A stretch of 63,889 bases of DNA, counting the filler, from an uncultured Methanosarcinales archaeon (GTDB taxonomy: Archaea; Nanobdellota; Nanobdellia; Woesearchaeales; CAYXTQ01): the NCBI GenBank assembly GCA_964608065.1. It is 5 parts of 4 records of this genome, joined end to end, with 100 filler letters (N's around TTAATTAATTAA, not from the genome) between each part and the next. Parts side by side here need not be neighbours in the genome. Positions count along the whole stretch, not along the records: positions 22,558 to 31,790 come from CAZSMA010000002.1; positions 31,891 to 61,670 come from CAZSMA010000003.1; 3 more parts are not named here. One strand, given 5' to 3'. Both the position numbers and the translations under genes were made by a program. Below the pieces are notes generated by a model that was given only the letters and a program-made list of their open reading frames with translations, did not search any database and was not told the origin of the DNA. Within the stretch, counting starts at the first letter, position 1. Each line of letters opens with the position of its first letter. This document shows positions 27,815-38,366 of the stretch, piece after piece.

Positions 27815-28906
27815 TCATATTATCATACCTCTTATTTGCTCAGGCTTTAGTTTTGAATCAATTCCTTTGCTTATGACAAATAAATTTCTGTTCTCTATTT
27901 CTTTTTTTGTTAAAAATGAAAATAAAGGGTATGGACCCAAAATGTGAGCTAGTTCAGCTCCTACTACAAATTTTTTGTAAAATCTAAATAGTTCATATTC
28001 AAAATGAGCTAATAAGGAGTCTTTATTATATTGCTCAAGAGCATTTGATAAAGCTTCATGATAAGGAAGTCCTTTGCAGATTTCAACAAATTGGGTTAAG
28101 TCTTTTGAATTTATCAGATCATTAAATCTTTTTGAAAGTTCTGTTTCAGTGCTTATCAAAAGATTTTTTTGCTTTTCTTTGTCAGTTTCTCTTAACCTCA
28201 TTTTTAATAATGCCAGGATGTTTAGTATGTCTGCTTTTTTATTCACCATATCAACTATGTATATTGCATCATACATTTTATTCTGGCTTTGTTCTATGAA
28301 ATTGTTCAATACAAAATTATCAAGCGCTATTTCAAATTCTTCTGTTGTCTGATATTTTTGCTTGAAGACTTTGCTGTAAGGTGTTGGTTCTAATGTGACT
28401 CCAATATCAGCTGTTGTTTTAGCTTCAAGCAGGTGTTTTAATGTGATTTCATCTATATTTCCTATTGGAAAAACAAGATCTTCATTTAACTCTGTGTTTG
28501 AGAATTTTGCCCTGTAGATTGTCTTTAATATTTTTGTTTCAAAGAACATCATGTATGCTTCAAGAAGCTTTTTTATGTTTTTTGGGCTTAAATCTTGGAG
28601 TTCTTCTACTGATCTTAAGAAACTTTTTTCAAGAGCAGAATGAATCTTTCCAAGTTCATCTATATTGACTTTATCAACTTCCTGTATATAGTCAGAGTCT
28701 TTTATTTTGTTGATTAATTCTCTTAATGATTTTGATTCTGTTAAGTCACGCATTCTTTGATCACTTATCAGCATATTGCTTTTTCCCTGGATTCTGGCAT
28801 TAGAGTATATAAAAGAGCTTACAGGCATTACTTTTTTAACTACATAAATCATTATGACTGCAGTAAATACAATTACAAATATCAATACTAATATTTCTTG
28901 TTGCAT
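27815..28906 (-). CDS. atpC: A/V-type ATP synthase subunit C
   Basis: YSNARIQG, KKEIENRNL; operon position. Confidence 0.92.
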   Translation of the reverse strand: MQQEILVLIFVIVFTAVIMIYVVKKVMPVSSFIYSNARIQGKSNMLISDQRMRDLTESKSLRELINKIKDSDYIQEVDKVNIDELGKIHSALEKSFLRSVEELQDLSPKNIKKLLEAYMMFFETKILKTIYRAKFSNTELNEDLVFPIGNIDEITLKHLLEAKTTADIGVTLEPTPYSKVFKQKYQTTEEFEIALDNFVLNNFIEQSQNKMYDAIYIVDMVNKKADILNILALLKMRLRETDKEKQKNLLISTETELSKRFNDLINSKDLTQFVEICKGLPYHEALSNALEQYNKDSLLAHFEYELFRFYKKFVVGAELAHILGPYPLFSFLTKKEIENRNLFVISKGIDSKLKPEQIRGMII

Positions 28907-28924
28907 TTTTTATTTTTTTTTTTA

Positions 28925-29467
28925 TTAACCGAATAGTGCTTTGCTTACCTTATCTCTCAGTATATCTTTTTGTGCGTTTATTGCTCCATCAAGTGTCAGA
29001 TCGTAAGTTACAGCTCCAACTACAAATTTAACTCCGATGATTGTGTTGTCAATCTCTAATTTTGTCTTTGGAAAAGACTTTTTGTAGAATGTTGAATCTG
29101 CTATAATACTGAATCCATTCTTTGGTGTGTTTATTTTCAAAAAATCAATGTATTTCTTGCTGTGTGCTGTGGTTGCTACTTTTTTGAATGCTATATCAAA
29201 TATCTGGTTGATTATTTCTTCACGTTTTTGCTCGAACTCTTTTTTAGCTTTTAAGTTTTCTTCACTTTCTATCTTTGATGTTGCTTTTCTTATGTCTGCT
29301 TCTGTTTTAGTAGCTATTCTTGATTTTTTAAGAGCAATCTCACTGTTACTTTCTTTTTCAAGCCATTTTATTCTAGATGACACTTCATCATCTACTTTTT
29401 TTATCTCTGCAGCGTATTTTTTTTCTATTGATTGTTTTAATCCATCTATATTTCCATATATTTCCAT
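28925..29467 (-). CDS. atpE: A/V-type ATP synthase subunit E
   Basis: Coiled coil plus IIGV...YDLTLD; operon position. Confidence 0.85.
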   Translation of the reverse strand: MEIYGNIDGLKQSIEKKYAAEIKKVDDEVSSRIKWLEKESNSEIALKKSRIATKTEADIRKATSKIESEENLKAKKEFEQKREEIINQIFDIAFKKVATTAHSKKYIDFLKINTPKNGFSIIADSTFYKKSFPKTKLEIDNTIIGVKFVVGAVTYDLTLDGAINAQKDILRDKVSKALFG

Positions 29468-29543
29468 CTTCTGTCACCTAATTAATTGTATTGGCTTAAG
29501 CCCGATAAAATATTTTAAAAAAAAAAAAAAAAATATCTGAGGC

Positions 29544-30029
29544 TTATCCAAGTACGTTTAATCCAACTACTAGCAGTATAAGTGCTGCTATAAATCCGAA
29601 AATAGCTGGTGTTTCACACTGTCCTGAAAAGACTATGCTTGGTGCAAATGCATCAGGGTTTTTTGCACATGATACTATGCCGGCACTAGCAACTAAACCT
29701 TGACCAATAGCTGAGATTCCAGTTATAGCTACTGTGAGTCCTGCTCCCATCATAACCAATCCCTGAGCTGTGGTAAGGTCTTTTGCTCCACCACCTAACA
29801 ATCCAGCGCCCATTAAGATTAATAAGGCTGTAATGAATGCATAGACTGTTTGTGTTTGAGGCAATGCCTGCAAAATTAAGGCGTTCTTGAAGTTTTCTTT
29901 TTTCTCTGCAACAGCACCTGCTCCTGCAATACCTGCTGCCTTAACTCCGAATGCAGTACTTACTCCTGCTACACCCAAAGCCAATGCTGCTCCGCCCACT
30001 GCAAATGCAGTTCCCATAGTTATTGCCAT
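29544..30029 (-). CDS. atpK: A/V-type ATP synthase proteolipid subunit K (c), 4 TM
   Basis: LQALPQTQTVY, SAIGQG, CETPAIFG. Confidence 0.95.
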   Translation of the reverse strand: MAITMGTAFAVGGAALALGVAGVSTAFGVKAAGIAGAGAVAEKKENFKNALILQALPQTQTVYAFITALLILMGAGLLGGGAKDLTTAQGLVMMGAGLTVAITGISAIGQGLVASAGIVSCAKNPDAFAPSIVFSGQCETPAIFGFIAALILLVVGLNVLG

Positions 30030-30064
30030 TTTTGTTTACCTCCGTTTATCATTATTTTATTTAT

Positions 30065-31790
30065 TTATTCCTCTAAATATGTATCTTTTCTGTTAGCATG
30101 GAATGGCTTGTAAACGCGGCCCCCGCCATCATAGAATTTTGTGAAAAACTCCAAGAAATGAAGCCTTGTTGTATGGATAAAAGCTCCAAGACCATTCATA
30201 GCCAAGTTGAAAGTATGACCTATTATGAAAACGATTATTGCAATTGGAATTCCGGCATAGGGTATCATACCTGCTGCCAAAAATGCTATGAAATTAACTG
30301 CTAGTGATATTCCTGATGTGCCTATTCCTAAAGCCATAAGCCTGGCATAAGAGAAGAGATCTCCAATGAATCCAGTGAATGAGAATATTGAAAGCAAAGC
30401 TGACATGAACCCTGCTGATATAAATGTGAAAACTATCTGAAGTAAAACTGCAAGACCCATGAAGCTCAATCCAATGCTTGATTTTTGTAAGATAATAAAT
30501 ACAATTCCTGCCATAAATAAAAGCCATACACCCTGAGAAGCAAAGGCATCTCTGATATTATACTTCCTTATATTATCATAAAAACCGGACAATAATCCTA
30601 TTAAAATATGTATAGCTCCGAATCCAATGGCAATTCCCAGTGTAAGCATAACCTGTTTCATACCATCTATAAACATAGGCAATTTTATTCCTAATTCCTG
30701 GAAGAAGTTTCCAAAATAAGCTCCAAAAACAATCCCCCAGAACATTGTTGATATACCTATAATAAGTATGAATGCTGCAACATCTCTTGTCGACTGTTTT
30801 TTCTTTTTAAGCTTCATAAATGCTACAAATCCTGCAGCTGCCAGTATTATGCCATAGAAAAAATCATTGAGCATGAAACCAAAGAATATTGTAAAAAATA
30901 TGGCAATCCATGGTGTTGGGTCAAATCCATTGTATACTGGTGGAGAATATAAATTTGTAATCATCTCAAAAGGTCTTACCAATGAATTGTTTTTGTAAAT
31001 AGTTGGAGCTTCTTTTCTTTCTTCAACTTCAGCATAATAATCAGAAGCATGTTCTTTTATTATTTTACTGAAATCCTGCATTTGTGAGGCTGGCACCCAT
31101 GCTTCAAGAACTGAGAAAGAATTAGCAGATTTTATGTTTTTCAATGCGTCTACTTTTTCTTTGCAAATCTCCAGTTCTTCTATCAAGATTTTGTTTTTTT
31201 CCTCGTTTTCTTTTTGTAGTTTCTTTAATGAAGATTCTATTGCTCTTATTTTATTATTAAGCACGTCGTTTTCTTTTTTTAATTTTTTGATAAGTTCAAG
31301 AGGTTTTTTGTTTTCAAAAGGAATTGTTAAGGTTTCAAAACCAACTTCATGCAGTAATCTTTCAACTTTTTGGTTATTTTCGCTAAAAGTGAATGTTGTT
31401 AGTAAAATTTGATCTTTTCCTAGTTTCTTTGAACCTATAACTGCTATATTTTCAAGCTTTTTTTCAATTTTTTTTAAACTGTTTTTATTAATTAAGCCTA
31501 AGTAAGTTTTAATGTTTTCTGTTGATTTGAAAACATCTGTGTTTACATCTGGAATCATGTATAGGTTAGAAATAAGGAACTTGTTATGAGTTATCTTCTT
31601 CTGATAGTCTGATAGTTCACTTAAATGGTTTTTAATCACGGACTCTATCTTATCTAATAATTTTTTAACAGCTTCAACAATTTTTTGTGTTAGTTTAAGG
31701 CTAAGTCTGTATTTGATAGGCTCTTTTTTTTTTTTGTTTTTTTTTTTCTTAAATAAATTTTTTATTTATTTTTCTGTCTAAGGAACTTCC
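30065..31790 (-). CDS. atpI: A/V-type ATP synthase subunit I (a), 5' partial
   Basis: DPTPW..FFGFML.D, SYARLMALG, HTTRLHFLEFF; the true start lies at or beyond the low-quality contig edge. Confidence 0.93.
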
Positions 31791-31890
31791 NNNNNNNNNN
31801 NNNNNNNNNNNNNNNNNNNNNNNNNNNNNNNNNNTTAATTAATTAANNNNNNNNNNNNNNNNNNNNNNNNNNNNNNNNNNNNNNNNNNNN
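31791..31890. other. Artificial contig linker
   Basis: N44-TTAATTAATTAA-N44. Confidence 0.95.
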
Positions 31891-32077
31891 ATAATAATAT
31901 ATAATAATATATAATAATATAATATATTTATAATAATATATATAATAAATAATACAAAAAAACAAAACAAAAAACACCAAAAAACAAATTTTCATTTTCC
32001 ATAAGAAATGAAGGTGTATCTATAGAAACATAAAAAAACCAAAAACTATTTATAATCCATATCTTAGAAATCAACCT

Positions 32078-32929
32078 ATGGTACTTGAAGCATTAATCAA
32101 CCCATTAAAAGCAGAGAAAAAACCATGGGAGATGTTTTTTTTAGGTTCGATCTACGCGTCAATTGCGATTTTTCTTTCTTTATGGATATTTGAAAGCCAA
32201 GCAAGCCTAATCTTAGTTTTCCTAATAGTCTTGGCATGCACCCCTTTAATGTATAGCGCAATAAAAAACGAGGAAAAAAAAACCCTTATCTTAGATAAAG
32301 AAAAAACAATACTCAAAGAACATGGTAAGGTGATATATTATCTGATTTTATTGTTTTTAGGAATCACAGTTGCAATAGCATTATGGTACACCGTCTTACC
32401 CTCAGAACTTGTTGCAAAGCTATTCACAATACAACACGAAACAATCACAGGAATCAACGCAAAAGTAACAGCCAACGCAGTTTTACAATTTCAAACATTT
32501 ACTAAGATCTTCTTTAACAATATGAAAGTTTTAACATTCTGTTTACTATTTTCATTTATATATGGTGTAGGCGCGATCTTTATTCTAACATGGAACGCGT
32601 CAGTTATTGGAGTTGCAGTAGGTAATGCTATTAGATCTAATCTGAGTGGTATAGGTAATAGTGTTGGGCTTGTAAAACTTGGAGGATATTTTAGTGCAGT
32701 ATCCTACGGCCTATTAAGATATTTTATACACGGAATCCCTGAAATTGCAGCATACTTTGTTGGAGGTATGGCTGGGAGCATAATCTCTATAGCTATAATA
32801 AGACAGGATTTCAGAACAAAAAAGTTTGAACACATAATCCTTGATTCAACCAACTTAATTATAATTGCAGTTTTACTTTTGTTTATTGCAGGACTTATTG
32901 AAGTTTATGTCACGCCTTTACTATTCTAA
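32078..32929 (+). CDS. SpoIIM (DUF95) family membrane protein
   Basis: IFFNNMKV, WNASVIG, HGIPEI, AGLIEVYVTP. Confidence 0.88.
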   Translation: MVLEALINPLKAEKKPWEMFFLGSIYASIAIFLSLWIFESQASLILVFLIVLACTPLMYSAIKNEEKKTLILDKEKTILKEHGKVIYYLILLFLGITVAIALWYTVLPSELVAKLFTIQHETITGINAKVTANAVLQFQTFTKIFFNNMKVLTFCLLFSFIYGVGAIFILTWNASVIGVAVGNAIRSNLSGIGNSVGLVKLGGYFSAVSYGLLRYFIHGIPEIAAYFVGGMAGSIISIAIIRQDFRTKKFEHIILDSTNLIIIAVLLLFIAGLIEVYVTPLLF

Positions 32930-33580
32930 AACCTTTAATTTTCCAGGCTTTAACTCAAATATTTCCCCCTCTTGGAGCAAATTAGAAATCAATTCTTCAG
33001 CATTATTTAATTTGGAATTATTTATTACGTCGTCAAAATCAACACCATCCCCCGTATCCATCTTTTTTATTAATTCACATACCATTTGAGAAGAAGAAAT
33101 AACCCCTGGTTCCTCTTTTACAACGTTTTCCTTAATCTCTTGTACATATGTTTCCCCAACTACATGTTTTCTTCCAATATTAATTTTTTTTAACTCCAGC
33201 TTTCGCACCTCAACCCAACCCATATCTATATTTTTTTTTATTATCTCAGGAAGCACATATCTTTCTTGGTTATATTCTCTTATTTTTCCTATCAACAAAA
33301 CAATATCACCAATCTCTAACCCCTCAGCACCTTTATTTTCCTCAAAACCCCTTACAGAAATCTTGCCTGTACCATCATCCAACAAAAAACTATATTGGTT
33401 TGACTCTGTTTGCTCAGGCTTTGACAAAACAACAGCCATCAAATTAACTCTAGAAATTTTTTTATATCCTGAAACAACATAATTAGAACCCCACCCCTCT
33501 TCTTTAACATATTTTCCAGAAAGCACATCACTTATACTTACTTTTTGTGCTACTACTCTTTTCACACTCTCAGGCGGCAT
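32921..33580 (-). CDS. RPA32-like OB-fold protein with C-terminal winged helix
   Basis: SRVNLMAVV, LDDGTGKISVR, IGKIREY, GEIFELKPG. Confidence 0.85.
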   Translation of the reverse strand: MPPESVKRVVAQKVSISDVLSGKYVKEEGWGSNYVVSGYKKISRVNLMAVVLSKPEQTESNQYSFLLDDGTGKISVRGFEENKGAEGLEIGDIVLLIGKIREYNQERYVLPEIIKKNIDMGWVEVRKLELKKINIGRKHVVGETYVQEIKENVVKEEPGVISSSQMVCELIKKMDTGDGVDFDDVINNSKLNNAEELISNLLQEGEIFELKPGKLKVLE

Positions 33581-33581
33581 T

Positions 33582-35600
33582 TTAAATCCTCTGTATAAAA
33601 CCTCTTTTTGGTTCAAAAATATCTCCACTTCTTTTCAGTCTTTCTAACACTTCCTCAACCTTAGTATCTTCTATTCCAGAATCTGCAGCACCCTTTAAAA
33701 CATCTTCAATAGGGATTGTTTTTCCAATACTTCCTTCTAAATCAGCGATTATCCCTTTTATTGTTGAAATATGACTTCGTTGTGAAGCAGTAATCCCAGT
33801 TACAATTCTGTCAATATCTATTTTTCCTGTGGAAGGATCCATACCCACCTCATTCAAACAAAAATTCAATAATTCAACAGCCTTACGCGCATCTTTCCTC
33901 AGAACCTTATCAGAAAGCCTGATCCTTGCACTAGCCTCACTTAATCTTACTAATGCCTCCAACTGCCTTGGTGAAATAGGTATTGCCTTTATACCCTCCT
34001 CCCCTCCAGACTCACTTGCTCTCATCTCCATATAATACTCCTTAATCTCTTCTATAGCACCATCAGTTAATTTTGGACCTACCGCTCGCCTAGCATATGC
34101 CAAATATTGTTTTAATAACTTTGTTGGAATTTCAGGCAACTCCAGTTCTGGACTTTGATGTAAAGAGAGAATATGTGTAGCTATTTTTTGGTCTCTATCT
34201 TTATCAGGTAAATCCTTTATAGGAAAAATCAAATCAAATCTGTTAATCAATGTTGGGGGCATGTCAATCTGCTTTGCTAATACTTCATATGGATCAAACC
34301 TCCCAAACTTGGGATTTGCTGCAGCTAGAACAGTAGTTCTTGCCAATAGTGTTGCTTGAATATTTGCTTTTGATATACTGATAGTCTGGCTTTCCAGTGC
34401 TTCATGCATTGCAGCCCTATCTTCCACACCCATCTTATCTAACTCATCAATACAACAAATTCCATTAGAAGCTAAAACCATCGCTCCTGCCTCTAAACTC
34501 CAGCCTCTCAAAAACTCATCTTTAACAACAGTAGCAGTTAAACCAGCAGCACTGACGCCCTTTCCAGAAATATATCTTCCTTTTGGTGCAATTAACCCCA
34601 CCCTTTTCAATAACTGAGTCTTGCCTGCACCAGGATCTCCTACTAACAAAACATGCATATCTCCCCTAACAAAACTTCCGTCTGCTCTTGTTTTTTGGAC
34701 CCCTCCTGCTAATTGTAATACTAAAGCCTCTTTTATTTTATCATAACCAAAAATTGAAGGAGCTACAGAATTAACTAATTTCTTAAGTAGTTTAGGGTCC
34801 TTAGCCAGATCCTTAATCTCTTTTTCCTCTTTTTTTGTGATCCCTATATCATAAAAAGTTTCTTCCACTGATTCAACATAATTTGCTTCAATTATTAAAT
34901 CAGATCTAGTTGATTTGCTTCCAGACCTTAAAATTATTGGAACCTCGTTTATAACGCCCATAACTAATATCTTAGAGCCGGGCTGTGTTTTTCTCTCACT
35001 CATTGGGCTAACTAAATCATTTTTTAAAAGTATGTTTATCCTTTTTGGTTGTGATCCTCCTTCTAATTCTTCAGGAACCTCTTCTAAAACAATACCCTGA
35101 GCATCAACCAATTCCTTGCTCAATAATCTAAACTTACCTTTCCTCCCACAGCTACACTTTGTTGGTTCTTTGAAAGCAGAATCCAGCTGTAAAACTGTTA
35201 TAATCTGACCGCAAGCAGGACATTCAAACCTTGCTGTAGTAACCTGTGGCCTGACATCAGACTTTTGCCTTACTACTCCACGAACCGAAACAAACCCCCC
35301 TATATGGCTGCTTCTGATATCTCTAACCATTATTTCTTGGCTTTTTGGCAGATTAGTAAATCTTATTCTAAAACTTTTTACATCACCTAAATCAAAATTT
35401 TCTAAAGCAAGCTCAGCAGATTTTATAGAATCTTCAGGTTCCTCTAATAAGGTATCAGCTAAACCAGGATCAAAACTAGCTAATTTTTGAAAATCTACAA
35501 CAAGAAACTTCTCTCCTTTTCTTATCTTTTCAGACAATAAATCTAGATAACTATCTTCAAGAAACTCCTGAAACTTCTTAATCTGATCTACTACAACCAT
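33582..35600 (-). CDS. mcm: MCM replicative helicase
   Basis: Zn finger CPAC..CSC, GDPGAGKT, CIDELDKM, AAANP, RFDLIF. Confidence 0.97.
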   Translation of the reverse strand: MVVVDQIKKFQEFLEDSYLDLLSEKIRKGEKFLVVDFQKLASFDPGLADTLLEEPEDSIKSAELALENFDLGDVKSFRIRFTNLPKSQEIMVRDIRSSHIGGFVSVRGVVRQKSDVRPQVTTARFECPACGQIITVLQLDSAFKEPTKCSCGRKGKFRLLSKELVDAQGIVLEEVPEELEGGSQPKRINILLKNDLVSPMSERKTQPGSKILVMGVINEVPIILRSGSKSTRSDLIIEANYVESVEETFYDIGITKKEEKEIKDLAKDPKLLKKLVNSVAPSIFGYDKIKEALVLQLAGGVQKTRADGSFVRGDMHVLLVGDPGAGKTQLLKRVGLIAPKGRYISGKGVSAAGLTATVVKDEFLRGWSLEAGAMVLASNGICCIDELDKMGVEDRAAMHEALESQTISISKANIQATLLARTTVLAAANPKFGRFDPYEVLAKQIDMPPTLINRFDLIFPIKDLPDKDRDQKIATHILSLHQSPELELPEIPTKLLKQYLAYARRAVGPKLTDGAIEEIKEYYMEMRASESGGEEGIKAIPISPRQLEALVRLSEASARIRLSDKVLRKDARKAVELLNFCLNEVGMDPSTGKIDIDRIVTGITASQRSHISTIKGIIADLEGSIGKTIPIEDVLKGAADSGIEDTKVEEVLERLKRSGDIFEPKRGFIQRI

Positions 35601-35658
35601 TTCATCTCCCCCAAATTAGATAAAATTATCTATGAAATAAAATAAAAACAAAAAAAAA

Positions 35659-36210
35659 CTACTTCTTAATCTTCTTCAAATTAGCAATCAACATATCTAA
35701 AGCGATATGAACTTCTTTTTCTGATTTTGTCCCAGTACAAACAACCTTTCCATTGCTGAATAACAGGAAAGTTGCTTTTGCTTCCACTAATTTATACACT
35801 AAACCTGGAAACTGTTCTGGTTCATACTCTGTATTCTCTAGTTTCATAGCCAATGTATTAAGATTAAGGGCCATTCCAATTGAACCACTAGCTACAATAT
35901 TCTGTATTGTAATTTCAGGCGTTATAGTAATCTTAACCTTAATTTTTTCAAGGCTCTTAATGATTTTCTTGATACTCTCACGCACATCTGTCATGGTTCT
36001 AGCCCCCGTACAAACAACTTTACCACTGCTGAATATTAAAGCAGACGTTTTAGGCTCTTTTATCCTAATTACAAGGCCAGGAAACTGTTCCGGGTTGTAT
36101 TCAGTATTAGATAACGTTGCAGCCATCTTTTCAAGAGGTATATCGTGCTTTAAATTAGTACTAACCACGATATTAACCACTTTTATGTTTTTAAAGGTTT
36201 TTTTAGTCAT
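35659..36210 (-). CDS. tbp: TATA-binding protein
   Basis: Two repeats of EY(N/E)PEQFPGLV...FS.GKVVCTG. Confidence 0.97.
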   Translation of the reverse strand: MTKKTFKNIKVVNIVVSTNLKHDIPLEKMAATLSNTEYNPEQFPGLVIRIKEPKTSALIFSSGKVVCTGARTMTDVRESIKKIIKSLEKIKVKITITPEITIQNIVASGSIGMALNLNTLAMKLENTEYEPEQFPGLVYKLVEAKATFLLFSNGKVVCTGTKSEKEVHIALDMLIANLKKIKK

Positions 36211-36407
36211 TTTTTGACCCCCAATATAAGTTTTATTTATAAACTTTATAAATAATCACTTATTTATAAATACTTCCCTTTTTAAATGGTTATTTTCTAC
36301 TTTATAAGCCCCCTTGACTTCCTGTGGAAAATCATTTATAAAACCACAATCTTTATATATTCTTACTCTAAGTGAAATACCGTCGTAAAATTTAAAGGGG
36401 GATAAGA

Positions 36408-37502
36408 ATGAAAACAACTTTAAGTTTAATTAAAGCAGATATAGGTTCTATTGGTGGCCATGTCAAACCAAGTGAAAAAGTCATTCAGACAGTTAAAGAC
36501 TTTATAAAAAAATCAGACATAATAATAGATAATTTCATTTTCCATACAGGAGATGATATAGCAATATTGATGACACACGATAAAGGCAAAGACAACGAAG
36601 CAATACACAAACTTGCATGGGATGCTTTTATAGCAGGAACTAATGTAGCTAAAGAACAAGGACTTTACGGAGCAGGACAAGACTTATTAAAAGATTCATT
36701 TTCAGGAAATGTTAAAGGAATGGGTCCAGCAGTAGCTGAATTAGAATTTGATGAAAGACCAAATGAACCCTTTGTGATTTTTGCAGCAGACAAAACAGAC
36801 CCAGGAGCTTACAATCTTCCAGTATATCTTGGTTTTTCAGATCCAATGCACAACTCAGGATTAATGCTAAGCCCAAAAATGGCTAAAGGCTTCAAATTTG
36901 TTATAATGGATGTTGCAAACACAGAAGGAGACAGAGTCATTGAATTAAACACACCAGAAGATTTATATGATATTGCTTGTTTGTTAAGAGAAACAGACAG
37001 ATATGTTATAGAAAAAGTTTTTTCAAGAAGTTCAGGAGAACAAGCAGCATCAATCTCCACAACACGCTTACATAATATTGCAGGAATATACACAGGAAAA
37101 GACGACCCGATATTAATAGCAAGAGTCCAGGGAGAATTCCCAGCAACAGGAGAATTATTATCACCATATGAAACATGTCATTTTGTTGCAGGATTCATGA
37201 GAGGATCACATACAGGACCATTAATGCCTGTAAGACATAATGCAACAATCAGTTTTTTTGATGGGCCGCCAATTGTATCTGCCTTAGGATTCTGTGTTCA
37301 AAATGGAAAACTAACAGAAGCTGTTGACTTATTTGATCACCATTTCTGGGATTTTGTCAGAGACAAAGCAGCACACAAAGCAGTCAGCATTAGGGAACAG
37401 GGTTTCTTTGGTAATGCAATGCTCGGAATGAATGAATTGGAATATGGCGGTATCAAAGAAAAACTAAAAAAATTAGATCCAAAATTTAAGATAAGGGAAT
37501 AA
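36408..37502 (+). CDS. fbp: Fructose-1,6-bisphosphate aldolase/phosphatase
   Basis: IKADIGSIGGH, GLYGAGQDLL, YTGKDDP, MRGSH.GPLMP. Confidence 0.96.
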   Translation: MKTTLSLIKADIGSIGGHVKPSEKVIQTVKDFIKKSDIIIDNFIFHTGDDIAILMTHDKGKDNEAIHKLAWDAFIAGTNVAKEQGLYGAGQDLLKDSFSGNVKGMGPAVAELEFDERPNEPFVIFAADKTDPGAYNLPVYLGFSDPMHNSGLMLSPKMAKGFKFVIMDVANTEGDRVIELNTPEDLYDIACLLRETDRYVIEKVFSRSSGEQAASISTTRLHNIAGIYTGKDDPILIARVQGEFPATGELLSPYETCHFVAGFMRGSHTGPLMPVRHNATISFFDGPPIVSALGFCVQNGKLTEAVDLFDHHFWDFVRDKAAHKAVSIREQGFFGNAMLGMNELEYGGIKEKLKKLDPKFKIRE

Positions 37503-37513
37503 AAAAAAAAAAA

Positions 37514-38362
37514 ATGTTTGCCCCAATGAAGCAAATTTTAATCAAAGCCTATAAACAAAAATATGCGGTTGGTGCTTTTAACTTCTCTACAATTGAAATT
37601 ATAAACGCAATATTCCAAGCTAGCTTAAAAACAAAATCAGATATTATCCTAAGCACATCACAAGGAGAACTAACACACTTTGGACCAGAAAATGCAGTTG
37701 CAGTTGTAAAATCTTTGGGAAACAAAACAAAAAACAATATTACATTACATCTGGACCATGGAAAAGATTTTGAAACAGTAAAACATTGCATTAAATCTGG
37801 CTATCCTTCAGTACATATCGATGCTTCTAGCAAAAAGTTTGAACAAAACACCAAACTTACAAAAAAAGTAGTCAACTTTGCAAAAAATAAAATATGGGTT
37901 GAAGGAGAACTAGGAAGTATTTCCGGAAGCTCAACATTACACCAACAAAAATATTCTGAAGTTGTTAAAGAAGAACTTATGACTTCTCCTGATTTAGCAA
38001 AAGAATTTGTGGAAAAAACAAATATAAATGCTTTAGCTATTTCAATTGGAAATGTTCATGGTGTTTGGAAAGGTGTTCCAAAACTTGATTTTAACAGATT
38101 AAAACAAATACACAAAAAAATAAAAATCCCTTTAGTTTTACACGGAGGTTCAGGAATAGCTGATAAAGATATAATCAAAGCAATAAAGTTTGGAATAGCA
38201 AAAATAAATGTTAATACCGAAATGAGAATAGCATTTGCAAAAGCTTTAAGGGAAACTTTAAATAAAGACAAAAAACAAAAAGTCCCATATAAAATATTGA
38301 ACGCAACAGTTCCTGCTGTTCAAAAAGTTGTTGAAAATAAGATAAAACTGTTCAAAATGTGA
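37514..38362 (+). CDS. fba: Class II fructose-bisphosphate aldolase
   Basis: AVGAFN, LHLDHG, VEGELG, GNVHG, LVLHGGSG, KINVNT. Confidence 0.93.
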   Translation: MFAPMKQILIKAYKQKYAVGAFNFSTIEIINAIFQASLKTKSDIILSTSQGELTHFGPENAVAVVKSLGNKTKNNITLHLDHGKDFETVKHCIKSGYPSVHIDASSKKFEQNTKLTKKVVNFAKNKIWVEGELGSISGSSTLHQQKYSEVVKEELMTSPDLAKEFVEKTNINALAISIGNVHGVWKGVPKLDFNRLKQIHKKIKIPLVLHGGSGIADKDIIKAIKFGIAKINVNTEMRIAFAKALRETLNKDKKQKVPYKILNATVPAVQKVVENKIKLFKM

Positions 38363-38366
38363 TACC

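Noticed and set aside
31891..31990. ATAATAATAT tandem repeats
   Set aside because: Low-complexity sequence at a contig edge, probably low quality
25719..35600. Inteins in atpA or mcm (common insertion sites)
   Set aside because: Both proteins have normal length and uninterrupted motifs
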